Shown in pieces: positions 36,354 through 47,939 of a DNA stretch of 64,000 nucleotides. Position numbers and translations under genes: made by a program. Each line of letters opens with the position of its first letter. Positions within the stretch are counted from its first letter, which is position 1. The stretch is from Alloascoidea hylecoeti (taxonomy: Eukaryota), in assembly GCA_001600815.1 (NCBI GenBank), contig BCKZ01000027.1:168000-231999 (forward strand). The letters run 5' to 3'. The notes under the pieces are model-generated. The model was not told the origin of the DNA and did not search any database. It worked only from the letters and a program-made list of their open reading frames with translations.

Positions 36354-37316
36354 ATGGCGTCCAATTCGCACGGTCAGGTTTCCCAGCTGTCCTCGGCTCT
36401 GAGGCAGGTTTCGCTGTCGCCGTCCGCGCGGGGGCCCGCACAGGGTCAGGGACAGCCCGCGCAGGGCCAGCCCCAGGGCCAGCCCCAGGGTCGGATCACG
36501 GACATCTTCAACCGATTCCCCACACAGGGACTCACCCTGTTCTCCCACCGCTCCGCCCCCAACGGCTTCAAAGTGGCCGTCGTGCTGTGCGAGCTGGGCT
36601 ACGACTATTCCACCGTCTTCCTGGACTTCGCTGCCAACGAGCAGCGGAGTGCCGAGTACCTCAGCATAAACCCAAACTCAAGAGTCCCCACGCTGATCGA
36701 CCACAGCCCAACCCTCCTAAACGAAAACTCAATCCCCATCTCCAACTCAGCCGAACAGGAAGACTACCACAGCGTTTGGGAATCGGGCGCAATACTGCTC
36801 TATTTAGTCGACAAATATGAATACGATCACCATGCTCCATGTCCTCTGTGGTCGACAAATCCTTTGATTAAATCTCAAATCACTTCATGGCTGTTTTTTC
36901 AAACCTCCGGTCATGCTCCAATGATTGGCCAGGCTCTACATTTTAAATATTTCCACGTCGAGCACGTCGATTCGGCTTTGTCAAGATATATTGAAGAAGT
37001 TAGAAGAGTTTATGGTGTCTTAGAAATGACTTTAGCTGAAAAGAGAGAATCTTTAATTTTATCTCTAGACATTGAAAATTCAACAAGTTTTCAGAATGGT
37101 AGCATGAGTTGGAAAGAATCTCGTTATTATGATGTACCAATCTGGTTAGCCTGTGATTATATAACTATCGCTGATTTAAGTTTTGTACCTTGGAATAATG
37201 TTATTGAAAAATTAGGGATTATATTAAAAGATGAATTTCCTGAATGTTGGAAATGGAATAAAGAAATGATGAATAGAGTTGGTGTTAGAAGAGCTTTAAA
37301 TCCTTCTTCAATATGA
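36354..37316 (+). CDS. URE2: Ure2 nitrogen regulator (GST fold)
   Basis: TLFSHRSAPNGFKVA, INPNSRVPTLIDH, WESGAILLYL, WLFFQTSGHAPMIGQALHF, TIADLSFVPWNNV. Confidence 0.95.
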   Translation: MASNSHGQVSQLSSALRQVSLSPSARGPAQGQGQPAQGQPQGQPQGRITDIFNRFPTQGLTLFSHRSAPNGFKVAVVLCELGYDYSTVFLDFAANEQRSAEYLSINPNSRVPTLIDHSPTLLNENSIPISNSAEQEDYHSVWESGAILLYLVDKYEYDHHAPCPLWSTNPLIKSQITSWLFFQTSGHAPMIGQALHFKYFHVEHVDSALSRYIEEVRRVYGVLEMTLAEKRESLILSLDIENSTSFQNGSMSWKESRYYDVPIWLACDYITIADLSFVPWNNVIEKLGIILKDEFPECWKWNKEMMNRVGVRRALNPSSI

Positions 37317-38597
37317 ATCATTTCACCTTTCACCTTTCACCTTTCATTTATTCATAATTTATCATTTATCATATATATTTATATACACTTACTACTTAGT
37401 TTTGCTTAATTGTATAATAGGTTATGCTTATCATATATCTTGTAAATAGACACTTTGATCTTGCATTGATTTAAAGTTCTTAATTTTAGAACACTTTAAA
37501 AAATTTAAAATTTAAAATTTAAAATTTAAAACACTTTTCTAATATTGCTAATTTTGTATCATCATCACATCACTTTTGATCTCCGATCCCCTTTGATTTT
37601 AAATTTTAAAAAGTTGGTTTCATAATATTTCATATTCAACTACTTAGAGAGTTTGATTAGTTAAATGACTAAAACATTCTTTAAAATTTAATAATTTATT
37701 TATAAATAAAAAATAGGCACATTAAATGATTAACAGGAGAATGTAGTGGTTATTTTTGATTTATATTATGGATCTTACAAGCATTTGTCATATTATCAAA
37801 TCACCTACAAGGTGTCCTGCTACAGTGAAGCCCTTTACATAAACGTGTAAAATAAAGAAAAAAATATTCCCTTCGAATATGAAAATACAAAGAGAATGTG
37901 AAATAATGAAGTATGATAATAGTACTTGAGCATTTGAATTTAAAGCGCTGGGAATAGATCGGGATAAGGATGAAAAGCAAGATGATGGGTATTATTATCA
38001 TTTGGGTATGGTTATATTAGTTAGGATGCAAATATAGATATCAGACATTTTTGATTGTAAAAGTGTGGTGCTAAGTTTATAAAGCTTAGAATGCTATTAG
38101 GTTAATTTTTCTTATAAAATTAAACAATATTATAAGAGTTATAAATTATATAATAGTCTTTAATTTATTCTCTCGTAATTCATTTTGATAATGATGGATT
38201 TTTTCAATTTCACAAACTTCAGTTCTCTACAAAAGATTTTCGAAATTAAACTCAGTTTTTTCTAGATCTTGAAACATTCAAAATATCAAATCATTCAAAA
38301 CATCATTAAGTAACTTTTTTAACTTTTTTAACTTTTTTAACTTCTTAATAACTTTTATTTTTTTTTTATCATCAATTATTAAAAATAATCAAAAATAGAA
38401 AAAATTTCAATAAATATAATTAAGTTACATGTATATTCTGAAAAATAATATTAATGATTTATTTTTTGAAGCTTGAATATAAAATATTGATATTTGCTTG
38501 TCTTTGATTTCCTTTTGTTAATGAAGATACTGTTTGAAAGGAGTCTTTTTCTCTTTTTCTTTTTGTATTTTATATAATCTTTTTCAAATCTACTCTT

Positions 38598-38644
38598 TTT
38601 TGCTCCACCATTTTGCTCCACCATTTTGCTCCACCATTTTGCTC
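38598..38644 (+). repeat. 13-bp tandem repeat (ttttgctccacca) x3.5
   Basis: Direct reading of the sequence. Confidence 0.85.
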
Positions 38645-41026
38645 TGTCTAACATGTTCCTTATTATCTAACTTCGTCCAAACTTCTTCCATGTGCCTGCC
38701 TTGTTTCAATAAACAAACCTTTTGTAAGTTATTAATCATTTGATATATTTGATATTCATGATTATTTTTTCATAGCTGATCATGTTGCATATTATACCAC
38801 CATCAGAACAGTTCACAAGAGGTCANTTGGCTTTTTGCGTATCTTCTAGGTAAGGTTATATATATATATATCTATTTTGAATTTCTAATTTTATTAGCTG
38901 CTGCTGCATATGTGATTATAAAATATTACCCGGTTTTATCTAATATTTTTCTTGGATTCTGTACTACCATAAACAACATTGAGACTGGAGCAAAAGTTTC
39001 TTTATGGTCGATACCTAGTTTTTGTTTATCTCCTCTTACTACGCATCGGGCTTTCATCGGGCTTTTTTAATTGCCATTCATATTATGATGATAAATTAAA
39101 TGATATAACCTCATATCCAATTTATAATGATAACATATTTAACGGTTATATAGTCCTTAAAAGAATTGGAAAACAGACCCCTCAGCTTTTTAGTTTTTGT
39201 GTCGAGTTTGCCATCTTATTGAACTATCGGTTATTTATAGTTATAAATTGGAATGGAAACTATTTTCTTTAATCTGAATATGAACTAATTCAAATATATA
39301 TAAAATTACAAAAAAAGGATCAAAGAGCTCGTTTGTTAGGTTTGTTAGGTTTAAATGTTTTTGTTATATTTGAGAGTTCAGAATTTTCCATAAAATTGGT
39401 TAACATTAATTAACATCATAAGTTTATAGTTGGGAACATATAGCTAGTTGAAACTATTGGACTACTTTGCTCTCCCATCGAGGTGAATGGAAGTCTTTCA
39501 TTGTGTTTAGTAAGTTCATTGCCTTAGTATTTATTCCAAACAACTATCTTTAACTTCGACAATAGCTAAATGTATAAGGATTATAATAGTTAATATCACC
39601 TATTATAATCCTCACGGATAAACATAAACATATCAATGGATATCGATTTTATAATCAAATTAGAGAAATATGCATACCTACTCCGAAATATATTTTCAAC
39701 GAGATCTAGAAGATGTTCAAATGGTAATTATGGTGTGTTAAATTTTCATTTATATATTTTGGTGCTAACAGTATATATTACATTCAAATACAATTGCAAA
39801 CTATATGACATGCTTGCACCCCTGAATCAATGATGAACTTTGTTTCTTCAATATCAATATAATCACTTTCTTATGAACATTTAAGACTACTTTCTATATT
39901 TACCTATAAATACATGTAGAACTATAATTATATATTGAGTATGAGTATGAGTATGAGATCGAGTTGTCGTAATTACCAAGGAAATAAAGATTCATAATAG
40001 AAATAAATGAATTAGATATCAACTCTTCTCCATAAAATATAGAAAAGTCCTAATCACTTGTAAGGGGTCTAAGTCTAATAATACTCAATAGCTTGTAGAC
40101 TAAGAAATTGTCAAAAAATCCTTAAAATTGAGAGACAAAGATTATAATGGTAAAGCCAATCAAACAAGTCTAGTCATCTTCAAATCATAAATCTGGTATC
40201 TACTAGCCAAAAGCAATAAATATATGGTAAAAAGAATGATTCGAATCGACTATCTACTATACATACTTTATAAGAGTTACATAGATAACTCGAAAACTAT
40301 TTATAATTAACTATCGTTCAAGCCCTGCTATAAGGATATCCAAGGGATCCTATAGCCGGTAACAACACGGAATTGTCATGATCATGATACAATTCTTGCA
40401 TGTATTTGTGCTCCTACAGTGAACAGTTTTACATTCATTTTACATCGTGGATTTCTCGGAAATTCTGTCATGACTTTTTTAAAATTGGATATAAGAAAGA
40501 TTGAGTTGCGAGGATTATATGTATGTAAATCTTTTAAGAAAGTTGATATTGTGAAGGTAGAAAAATGAATATGTAGGGATCATATATGTTTTTTCTTGGG
40601 GCGCCTATTTACCTAAAATTAAATTGAAATTAGAGAATGTAAATTAAAGAGAATTCAAGGATTTAAGGGGTTGGCAGTTTCGTTTTTATATCTATTTTTA
40701 TATCTATTGTTGTATCTATTTACTGAAAATTTAAATTGATTGTTATAACTTATATGTAAAATATAAATATGCTAAACTAAAGTTTCAAATTTTAAAGTTA
40801 ATTTGATTGAATTGTACTGAATTAAAAAGAATGCGGAAAAGAGGAGTTTTTTTAAATATAAATAAAGAAAATAAACAGCATAAGATGAAATATGATAAAA
40901 GATATGAACAAAAAATATAAAATAGAAAGAAAAATATAAATACAAATAATTAAAAGTATAAAGTCAACCTTCAAATATAAATTTTAAAACTTTAAAACTT
41001 CAAATCCATATTATATTGAATTGAAA

Positions 41027-42034
41027 TCAAAATTGTAATTCTTTATGAACATGTTTATTACTTTCTTGATAATCATTTTTTAATTCAATTTTTTCCAAAT
41101 AAGTACAAGGAACATAACCATATTGACCTTTTTTATTCCTTGCTTTCCACCATTGACTTGGATTACCATTTGGATCTGATTTATTTAGTATTGCAATTAA
41201 ATCACCTTTATTCATTTTTAATTCAACTGTTGGATCTTCAGGTATAAAATCATATTCTGCTCTATAAAATTGAATATCTTTTTTTGGTGGAATTGATTCA
41301 ATTGATCTTTGATTTGCTGTTTGCTCAATTGTTGGAGTGGGTAATGTTGAATATGGTGATATTAATCGTTTTCTTTGAAAATTTAACATTATTTTATTTA
41401 ATATAAAAGGAACACCAAAAAATATAGCACCTAATATTAATAAAGGTTTAAATAATGATTTATTTAAACTTAAATTTCTTGGATTTAAATTAAAATTAGT
41501 AACATTAAAAGTTTGTTTTAAATATTTTAAAATTCCATGAAGACCTAATAAGCCATCAACACTTTTTGATTTTAAACGATGTAATTGGGTTAAAACAGTT
41601 GCAATTGCTAAAACAGATGAGTGGGTTGCACTTAAAGTTGATTCTAATAAATTTGAAAGAGATGAGAATGCTGAAACCATTCCTTCAATTGTATATAAAA
41701 TTGATGTGGCTCCAGTAGTTTGTTGTTGTTGTTGTTGTTGATAACCAAAACTACGATTACCAAAGCCATTATTACTATAATTATTATTGTAATTATTGAA
41801 ACCAGGATTGTTGTAGTTGTTGTTATAACCATTATTAAAAGTGTTGTATGAAGAAGCAGCCGATAAACCGGAAGTGAAAGGAGCAGAGGCAGCACCATTA
41901 AAAGGAGGTTGTTGATTTGAAGAATAAGCTAAAGCTGTATGGGTATTTGCAGCCAAAGCAGCATTTCTTCTTGACTCTATTCTTGAATCTATTCTTGAGT
42001 CGTGGATATGTGCTGTTGTTGAATTTTTCTTCAT
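41027..42034 (-). CDS. PEX13: Peroxin Pex13
   Basis: N/Y/G-rich N-terminus, IEGMVSAFSSLSNLLESTLSATHSS, TM, C-terminal SH3 (FYRAEYDF...WWKAR...GYVPCTYL); true start uncertain. Confidence 0.9.
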   Translation of the reverse strand: MKKNSTTAHIHDSRIDSRIESRRNAALAANTHTALAYSSNQQPPFNGAASAPFTSGLSAASSYNTFNNGYNNNYNNPGFNNYNNNYSNNGFGNRSFGYQQQQQQQTTGATSILYTIEGMVSAFSSLSNLLESTLSATHSSVLAIATVLTQLHRLKSKSVDGLLGLHGILKYLKQTFNVTNFNLNPRNLSLNKSLFKPLLILGAIFFGVPFILNKIMLNFQRKRLISPYSTLPTPTIEQTANQRSIESIPPKKDIQFYRAEYDFIPEDPTVELKMNKGDLIAILNKSDPNGNPSQWWKARNKKGQYGYVPCTYLEKIELKNDYQESNKHVHKELQF

Positions 42035-43243
42035 TTTTGATAGATTAAAAACAAGTGAAGAAGAGCCTAAGGGTTTTGGGGAGGCTGGATAATAATAGAC
42101 TGCTTAGTTTCAGGGTAATGATTGTAAATAATATCTGTTGCCGTGGTTTTTAAAAAAGAGGTATTTTTACGAAAATAGATATTTAAATCATAACATTACA
42201 TTTAATATTTAAAATGATATATCGATATTTTCAATAATATATTATAATCGTATATAGGATATACATAAGAATGTACGAATGTCCCTTGGGCAAAGGAAAA
42301 CAAAAATCTATTATACGCTTAATATTGGCATGGAATTGCGTTTATTACTTCGAATACAAGATTTTTTATATATCGATATATATCTAGTTAATTCGTAATT
42401 ATATATTTATATGATGTTTATGGATTATTTAAACAGTTCAGCTAGTGAATAATATATTTCTATTAGGTTACACCAAATACCGGTATAAACTCTAGCTCTA
42501 TAATCAGTATGACATATATCCCATACAAAGCATTTGTGCAAAGTTTCCTATTCCTTTATTAATATTTTTCAGTTCAAATAATTTAAATACCCAGGCCTTT
42601 TAGAGGCTTTTAGAGCTTCAATGACAATCTCTAGATCTACCTTCGGTTCTCACTAATTAACTTAACATTTTCCAACATCATAAGAACAAGCGAGTCTCCG
42701 GGTGTTATCACCTTTGTATGATTTAGACATATAATTTGCAATGAATTAAAATTCCCTCTAAAGTTAATATTATCCTTATATTTCGCTATAAAAACTAAAC
42801 TAAATATAAAAACAGCGAGGCGCCTGTCCAAGAAGAGCCAAGATTATTTATTCTACTTAATTTCGCCCATTTTGATTACTAATTATCCGCAATTTCTACA
42901 AATATATTTCGGCCGCATTATTAATATGCAGGAATATAGAACATCTGTCTAGGTGTCGAACTCGGCCGAAACGCAGATAAGCAATTGCCGATAATTAGTG
43001 AGCAAAATGGACGAAAGTAAGTGGAATAAATGTAAAGTAAGAAAACATCCACGAAGATACATCAACCGCTACTTGTGAAAGAACTTTTTATGTAGATATA
43101 ATGTAGTAGTGATTATAAAAGCGCTGCAAATTGAAAGTCCGAAATTGGAAATTGCTATTCCTCGTTCAGCCAGACAGTTAAAGATATGAATGAAATGGTG
43201 AATATATTGGTGAAGTTAAACTATAACAATATTAATGTTATAA

Positions 43244-44260
43244 TTAAAATTTTGAAATTAAAGTGCCAATATTATTGTCTTCACTATATTTTAAAATTTC
43301 AGCACCAATACAAATATCCATAATGCTTAATCCAACACATTTTGTCAAAACAATATTATCATTTGATACATAATTTTCATTTTCACTTTCATTTTCCCAT
43401 AATTCACTAACATTAATCATTTTGGATTTTGAAACATTATTTTGAATAATTTCTCCTGCTTCATGAGAAACATGATCTAAAGAATCAGTTATAATTTTTC
43501 CATTATTTCCAATGTAATTATTTATTAAATCTCTATCAACTTCTTCCATATTTGGTTTATAACTTCCAATTAATCCAATAAATATTCGTTTATTTGAATC
43601 ATGATTTACCCAATTATTGAATATAACTGGTGTTGATGAAGAAGTACATCCATATAATATTTTACTTGATTTAACAGCATTAGCTAAAGATGTTTTGTTG
43701 TGAGTATCAAGAGCATTGAATGATATTGAAGGATATTCGGATTTTAATTGATTAGCTAATTTAGTTCCTGATTCTGTAGATCTTCCACATACATTAACGG
43801 TTGAGAATTTACCAGGGTATAAGATAAGAGTTAGTTTAATGTGCCAATAAGCCTGTAAACGAGCACCAAAAGCTGTAATTGTTTCATTTTCTCCTAAATC
43901 TTTATCATTAATTGCTTTTACTAATGATAAACTTGTTGCTAATGCAGTTCTAAAAGGTGTTAAAGAAGTAGCATTTAATAAGCCTTTAGGTATACCATTA
44001 TGTTTATCAATTATTAAAACAGCGCCTTTATAACCTTCTTTTGACCCAGTGAGAGCTTTTAAACCAACATTTCGCCCTGTTGATGCCATAAATAAATGAT
44101 TAGCATATTTTGTTTCCGTTACTATTCTATGTGGGACTAACGATTCATCTTTTGAATAATCAATTAAATTATCAGCCAAGACACGTTGTAATTGAATGAT
44201 TGAGTCTTTTTTTAAAGGTTTGAGATAGTTGAGGATATTTAGATCTGATAATATTCTCAT
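43244..44260 (-). CDS. Ornithine cyclodeaminase/mu-crystallin family protein (YGL159W-like)
   Basis: LNATSLTPFRTALAT, FGARLQAYWH, IGSYKPNMEE, KCVGLSIMD. Confidence 0.85.
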   Translation of the reverse strand: MRILSDLNILNYLKPLKKDSIIQLQRVLADNLIDYSKDESLVPHRIVTETKYANHLFMASTGRNVGLKALTGSKEGYKGAVLIIDKHNGIPKGLLNATSLTPFRTALATSLSLVKAINDKDLGENETITAFGARLQAYWHIKLTLILYPGKFSTVNVCGRSTESGTKLANQLKSEYPSISFNALDTHNKTSLANAVKSSKILYGCTSSSTPVIFNNWVNHDSNKRIFIGLIGSYKPNMEEVDRDLINNYIGNNGKIITDSLDHVSHEAGEIIQNNVSKSKMINVSELWENESENENYVSNDNIVLTKCVGLSIMDICIGAEILKYSEDNNIGTLISKF

Positions 44261-44471
44261 ATTATATTTTTTCAGTTATCATAAAACTTAATCTATAATT
44301 TTTCATTTATAATTTTTTATACTATGCTGGGTTTACCCGGCCATAAACACAAACCGATTGTTCTTAAACATTAAAGGTTCCATTTACCGGATTGCATCTA
44401 AAAATATTAATGAAACAACATTATCTTCAATTTCAATATATTGCTTAACAACCTGTTGTTAATCATTACTT

Positions 44472-44568
44472 ATGGTCGAATATCAATTGAAACCTCTTTC
44501 AGGTGAAATTTCAAAGCAATTTGATCTACTTGATGGCAATATAGATTTTAATATTACTAATGATAATG

Positions 44569-44600
<32 letters not shown>

Positions 44601-47600
44601 GATAATGATAATGACACAATTAAAGAGATAAAAATCCCCAAAAACAATTCTTTAAAAGAACATTTATACCAGTTGAGGACCCCTGATACTTCTCCAAAAA
44701 TGAAATATAATGATGATGAAGATTTAATGCCTTATTTGGATTCTACTACATCAAATGGTGAATTTATCGGGAATGAGAAATGTTCTACTTCAATAAATGT
44801 GCCAGTTTGTAAAAGGCGTTGGTCAAGCCCCCCTTTTCAGGGCTATTCTACTATGGCTATAGAACAAAAAGGTCAAAATCCTTCTACTATTCCTTTTATT
44901 AATAATACTCCTTGTCAAATGTCATCCTTTAGACCTAAACAAACTTCTTTGGGTAGTATTTTTTCTTCATCTGGTAATGGTAGTAGTAGTACAAATGATG
45001 ATTTTTCTGGAACTGAATCTTCATCAAGTTCAGCTTTAAAAAAGATTGTTTCTCGTGGTTTAATAAAATTTAGTGGTTCCAGGTCAAACTCAAATTTAAA
45101 ATCAAGATTTACAATGGTTGAAAATCTAAGTGGTTATGAATTAGATCAGGCAAAAATATCATCATTATCATTAAATTCACCTTATCAATTACCAACAAAT
45201 GATCATTATTCTATTAAAAATGAATCTTTACCTTCATTAGTCAATACAATTATTGATAAACCAATTATACCTGATCAATTAATTAATGGTATATCATTAT
45301 TAAGAATAACTCACCATAAAAAAATTCAAAGAATTTTTAAAATAAATTTAGATATTGGTACGTTAGAATGGAATAATAAACAAAAATCATCAAATTTAGA
45401 AATTGATAAAATTATTGATATTAGAGTTGATAAAGATGCAAGAAATTTTCGTGAAGAATTTAAAGTATCAATTGATTTATCAACAAAATGGGCAACAATA
45501 ATTTATAAAAAAAATTCAAATAATAAAAAAAAAAAAATTAAAGCATTACATATTATTGCATCATCAAAAGAAGATTTAGATATTTTAATTGATTCATTAA
45601 AAAAATTTCAAAAATATAGATTAGCTTTTTTAAAAGGTTTAAGTATGCCTGTTGAAATATTTGCAAATGTTCATTGGAATAATTCAATTAATAAATCATC
45701 ATCTTCTTCATCAATTGAAATTTCAAAAAATGAAAATGCAAATGATAAAAAATTATCATTTGATGAAGTTTTAAAATTATCTAAAAGAATGAATATTGTT
45801 TATTCAATTATATCATTAAAAAACTTATTTGATAAATCAGATATTGATAAATCTGGTTTTTTAGATTTTGAAGAATTTAAAATTTTTGTTAAATTATTAA
45901 AAGCAAGACCTGAAATTGAACAAATTTTTAATAATACTATTCATAATAATAACAATGATAATGATAAATCATCAATGAATTTTAATGATTTTAAATATTT
46001 TTTAAAAAATATTCAAAAACAAATTATTGATGATGATGAATGTAAAAAATTATATTTTAAATTTTCAAATTCTTCAAATGATCAAATTGATGTAAATAAT
46101 TTACAATTCACAATTGAATCTTTTACAAATTTCTTATTATCAAGTTATTCATCAGCATTTAAAACAATAAATGAAGATTATAATCATCCTTTAAATGAAT
46201 ATTTTATTTCTTCTTCTCATAATACATATCTTACAGGTCGTCAATTAGCAGGTGCATCTTCTGTTGAACCATATATCAAAGTTCTTCAAAGAGGTTGTAG
46301 ATGTATTGAAATTGATGTATGGGATGGTGATAATGGTCCAGTTGTATGTCATGGTCGTACATTTACATCATCAGTTGATTTTATTGATGTTATAAGTACA
46401 ATTAGAAAACATGCTTTTATATCTTCATCATATCCTCTTATACTATCATTAGAAATAAGATGTAATTTTTCAAATCAAGAAAGAGTTCGAGATATTTTAG
46501 AAACAATTTTTGGTGATAGTCTTATTAAATCATTTATTAATGATGATGATAAAAATTTAATTTCTTTACCAACACCAAATCAATTAAAACATAAGATATT
46601 AATAAAAGTTAAAATGTTTAATGAATCATTACAATCACAAAGATCATCAACTTTTGATAGTAATACATCAACATCAACAATAATTTATGATAGTTCAAGT
46701 TCAACAAGTAATGAACTTTTAATTAATACAAAAATTAAACATCGTAAAAAAAGAAAAAATCAACAAAAAGTTTGTAAATATTTATCAGATTTAGGAATTT
46801 ATTTGCATGGTATAAAATTTATAAATTTTTCATTACCTGAATCAAAATCAAAAAATCATATATTTTCATTTTCTGAAAAATTTATTGATTCGATTTTAAA
46901 AGATTTTGAAAAATTAATTGGTTTAGATAAACATAATAGAAAATATTTAATGAGAGTCTATCCATCGCAATTTAGAATTGGTAGCTCAAATTTCAATCCA
47001 TGTAATTATTGGCAAAGAGGTGTTCAAATGGTTGCAACAAATTGGCAAACTTTTGATTTAGGTCAACAAATAAATGAATCATTTTTTAATATTGGTGATA
47101 ATTCTGGTTATATTTTAAAGCCTGATTATTTAAGAATTCCAATGACAAAAAGAAGTATAACAAAAGAAATTATGAATGAAAATTTATTAAAAAATATTAT
47201 AATTGATATAACTATTATTTCTGCTCAACAATTACCATGTCCAAAGGATTTAAAATCAGATTCATCATTTGATCCATTTGTTATAATTGAATTATTTGGG
47301 CCAAGAGATATTGAACCATTAAATGAACAAAATTCAAAACACACGAATAATATATCATATGAAAAGTATAAATTTAAAACTCAATCAATTTCAAATAATG
47401 GTTTTAATCCAATTTGGAATTCATCTTTTAAGTTTAAAGTTAAAGCAAAAGATTTTGATTTTAGTTTTTTAAAATTTTCAATTCATAGAAACACAAATAG
47501 TATTGGAGATTCAGTTGTTGCAATGCATATTTCGAGACTTTGCTATTTAAATGAAGGATATAGACATATTTCTTTATGTGATACCCAAGGAGAAGAGCTT

Positions 47601-47645
47601 ATATATTCTACATTGTTTGTTAGGGTTGATATTAATAGAGGATAG
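44472..47645 (+). CDS. PLC1: Phosphoinositide-specific phospholipase C
   Basis: PH, EF-hand (DIDKSGFLDFEEF), X box YFISSSHNTYLTGRQ, Y box RVYPSQFRIGSSNFNP, C2 NNGFNPIWN. Confidence 0.95.
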
Positions 47646-47939
47646 ATTTTTTTTTTTTTTTTTTTTTTTTGTGCTATAGGTTAGGATTTTTATTAATAGA
47701 GATTAGTTATTCATATTTATATTTGCATTCATTTTGTAAATTTTATAAATTTAAAAGGATTTGGTATATATTTTGTTCTATTTTATATTTTTATATGGTC
47801 ACCCTACCTTCTTATTTTAATATTTTGAATTGAAAATGTAAATAAATAAAAGGAAAATTAAACTTCCCACAAAACTTCCTTCTTTTTCAGTCTTCTTTAA
47901 ATACCTTGAAAAATCTTGAAAAATCCTGAAAAAAAAAAC

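Noticed and set aside
35937..36858. Alternative-frame and antisense ORFs (82-172 aa)
   Set aside because: Same GC-island artefact over ULP2/URE2
3675..37316. GZF3 and URE2 as a nitrogen-regulation cluster
   Set aside because: 30 kb apart with unrelated genes between them
38598..38644. CRISPR-like or telomere-like repeat
   Set aside because: No spacers, eukaryotic context, only 3.5 units
42035..42100. In-frame PASPKPL upstream of the PEX13 ATG, resembling the Pex13 PKPW motif
   Set aside because: Trp absent, and no convincing upstream exon or donor found
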